DNA from: Bacillota bacterium
Lineage (GTDB): Bacteria > Bacillota > Dethiobacteria > Dethiobacterales > Dethiobacteraceae
Length of the DNA stretch: 34,340 nt
Assembly: GCA_018725345.1 (NCBI GenBank)
Contig: QLUI01000001.1
Location: 1-34,340, forward strand
Reading direction: 5' to 3'
Within the stretch, counting starts at the first letter, position 1. Each line of letters starts with the position of its first letter. Position numbers and translations under genes: made by a program. Shown in pieces: positions 34,313-34,340 of this stretch. The notes beneath the pieces are model-generated. The model was not told the origin of the DNA and did not search any database. It was given only the letters and a program-made list of their open reading frames with translations.

Positions 34313-34340
34313 AAAATTCCCACCTACGCTTCGCTTAGAG

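Noticed and set aside
1-34340. A TnpA (Y1 HUH transposase) or other transposase partner for IscB
   Set aside because: I read all ORFs of 60 aa or more in the track. None has HUH/Y1 or DDE features, so the element is treated as non-autonomous.

Overview
The window is almost entirely one co-directional (+ strand) flagellar and chemotaxis supercluster of the Bacillota (Firmicutes) fla/che type, about 50% GC. The gene order is flgB-flgC-fliE-fliF-fliG-fliH-fliI-fliJ-fliK-flgD-(flagellar operon protein)-flgE-motA-motB-fliL-(small FliN-like)-fliO-fliP-fliQ-fliR-flhB-flhA-flhF-flhG-(PilZ)-fliA, then a swrB-position gene, flgF, flgG, a TPR gene, fliM, fliN, fliY, cheW and cheA. At the left edge, fliS and flaG lie on the minus strand, followed by a second FlaG-like gene and a FlgN-like gene on the + strand. 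The one clear accessory insertion sits directly after the fliA stop codon. It is a solo IscB gene (OMEGA-type RNA-guided nuclease: PLMP, split RuvC, HNH), preceded by about 250 nt of structured non-coding leader where its omega-RNA (HEARO-type) is expected. No TnpA transposase is present in the window. A degenerate 159-bp second copy of the element's 3' end lies 7.2 kb downstream, just upstream of cheA, and both copies end exactly at the start codon of the next gene. Other points worth a second look: a 51-bp tandem repeat array upstream of flgB; a GC-rich palindromic repeat at the fliH/fliI junction that makes the fliI start ambiguous; an NPTA variant of the FlhB NPTH autocleavage motif; a FliY with two tandem CheC-like domains alongside two extra FliN paralogs; and a minus-strand FapA/DUF342 gene relic. 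I saw no rRNA, tRNA or CRISPR array. All family assignments come from reading the translated motifs by eye; no database search was run.
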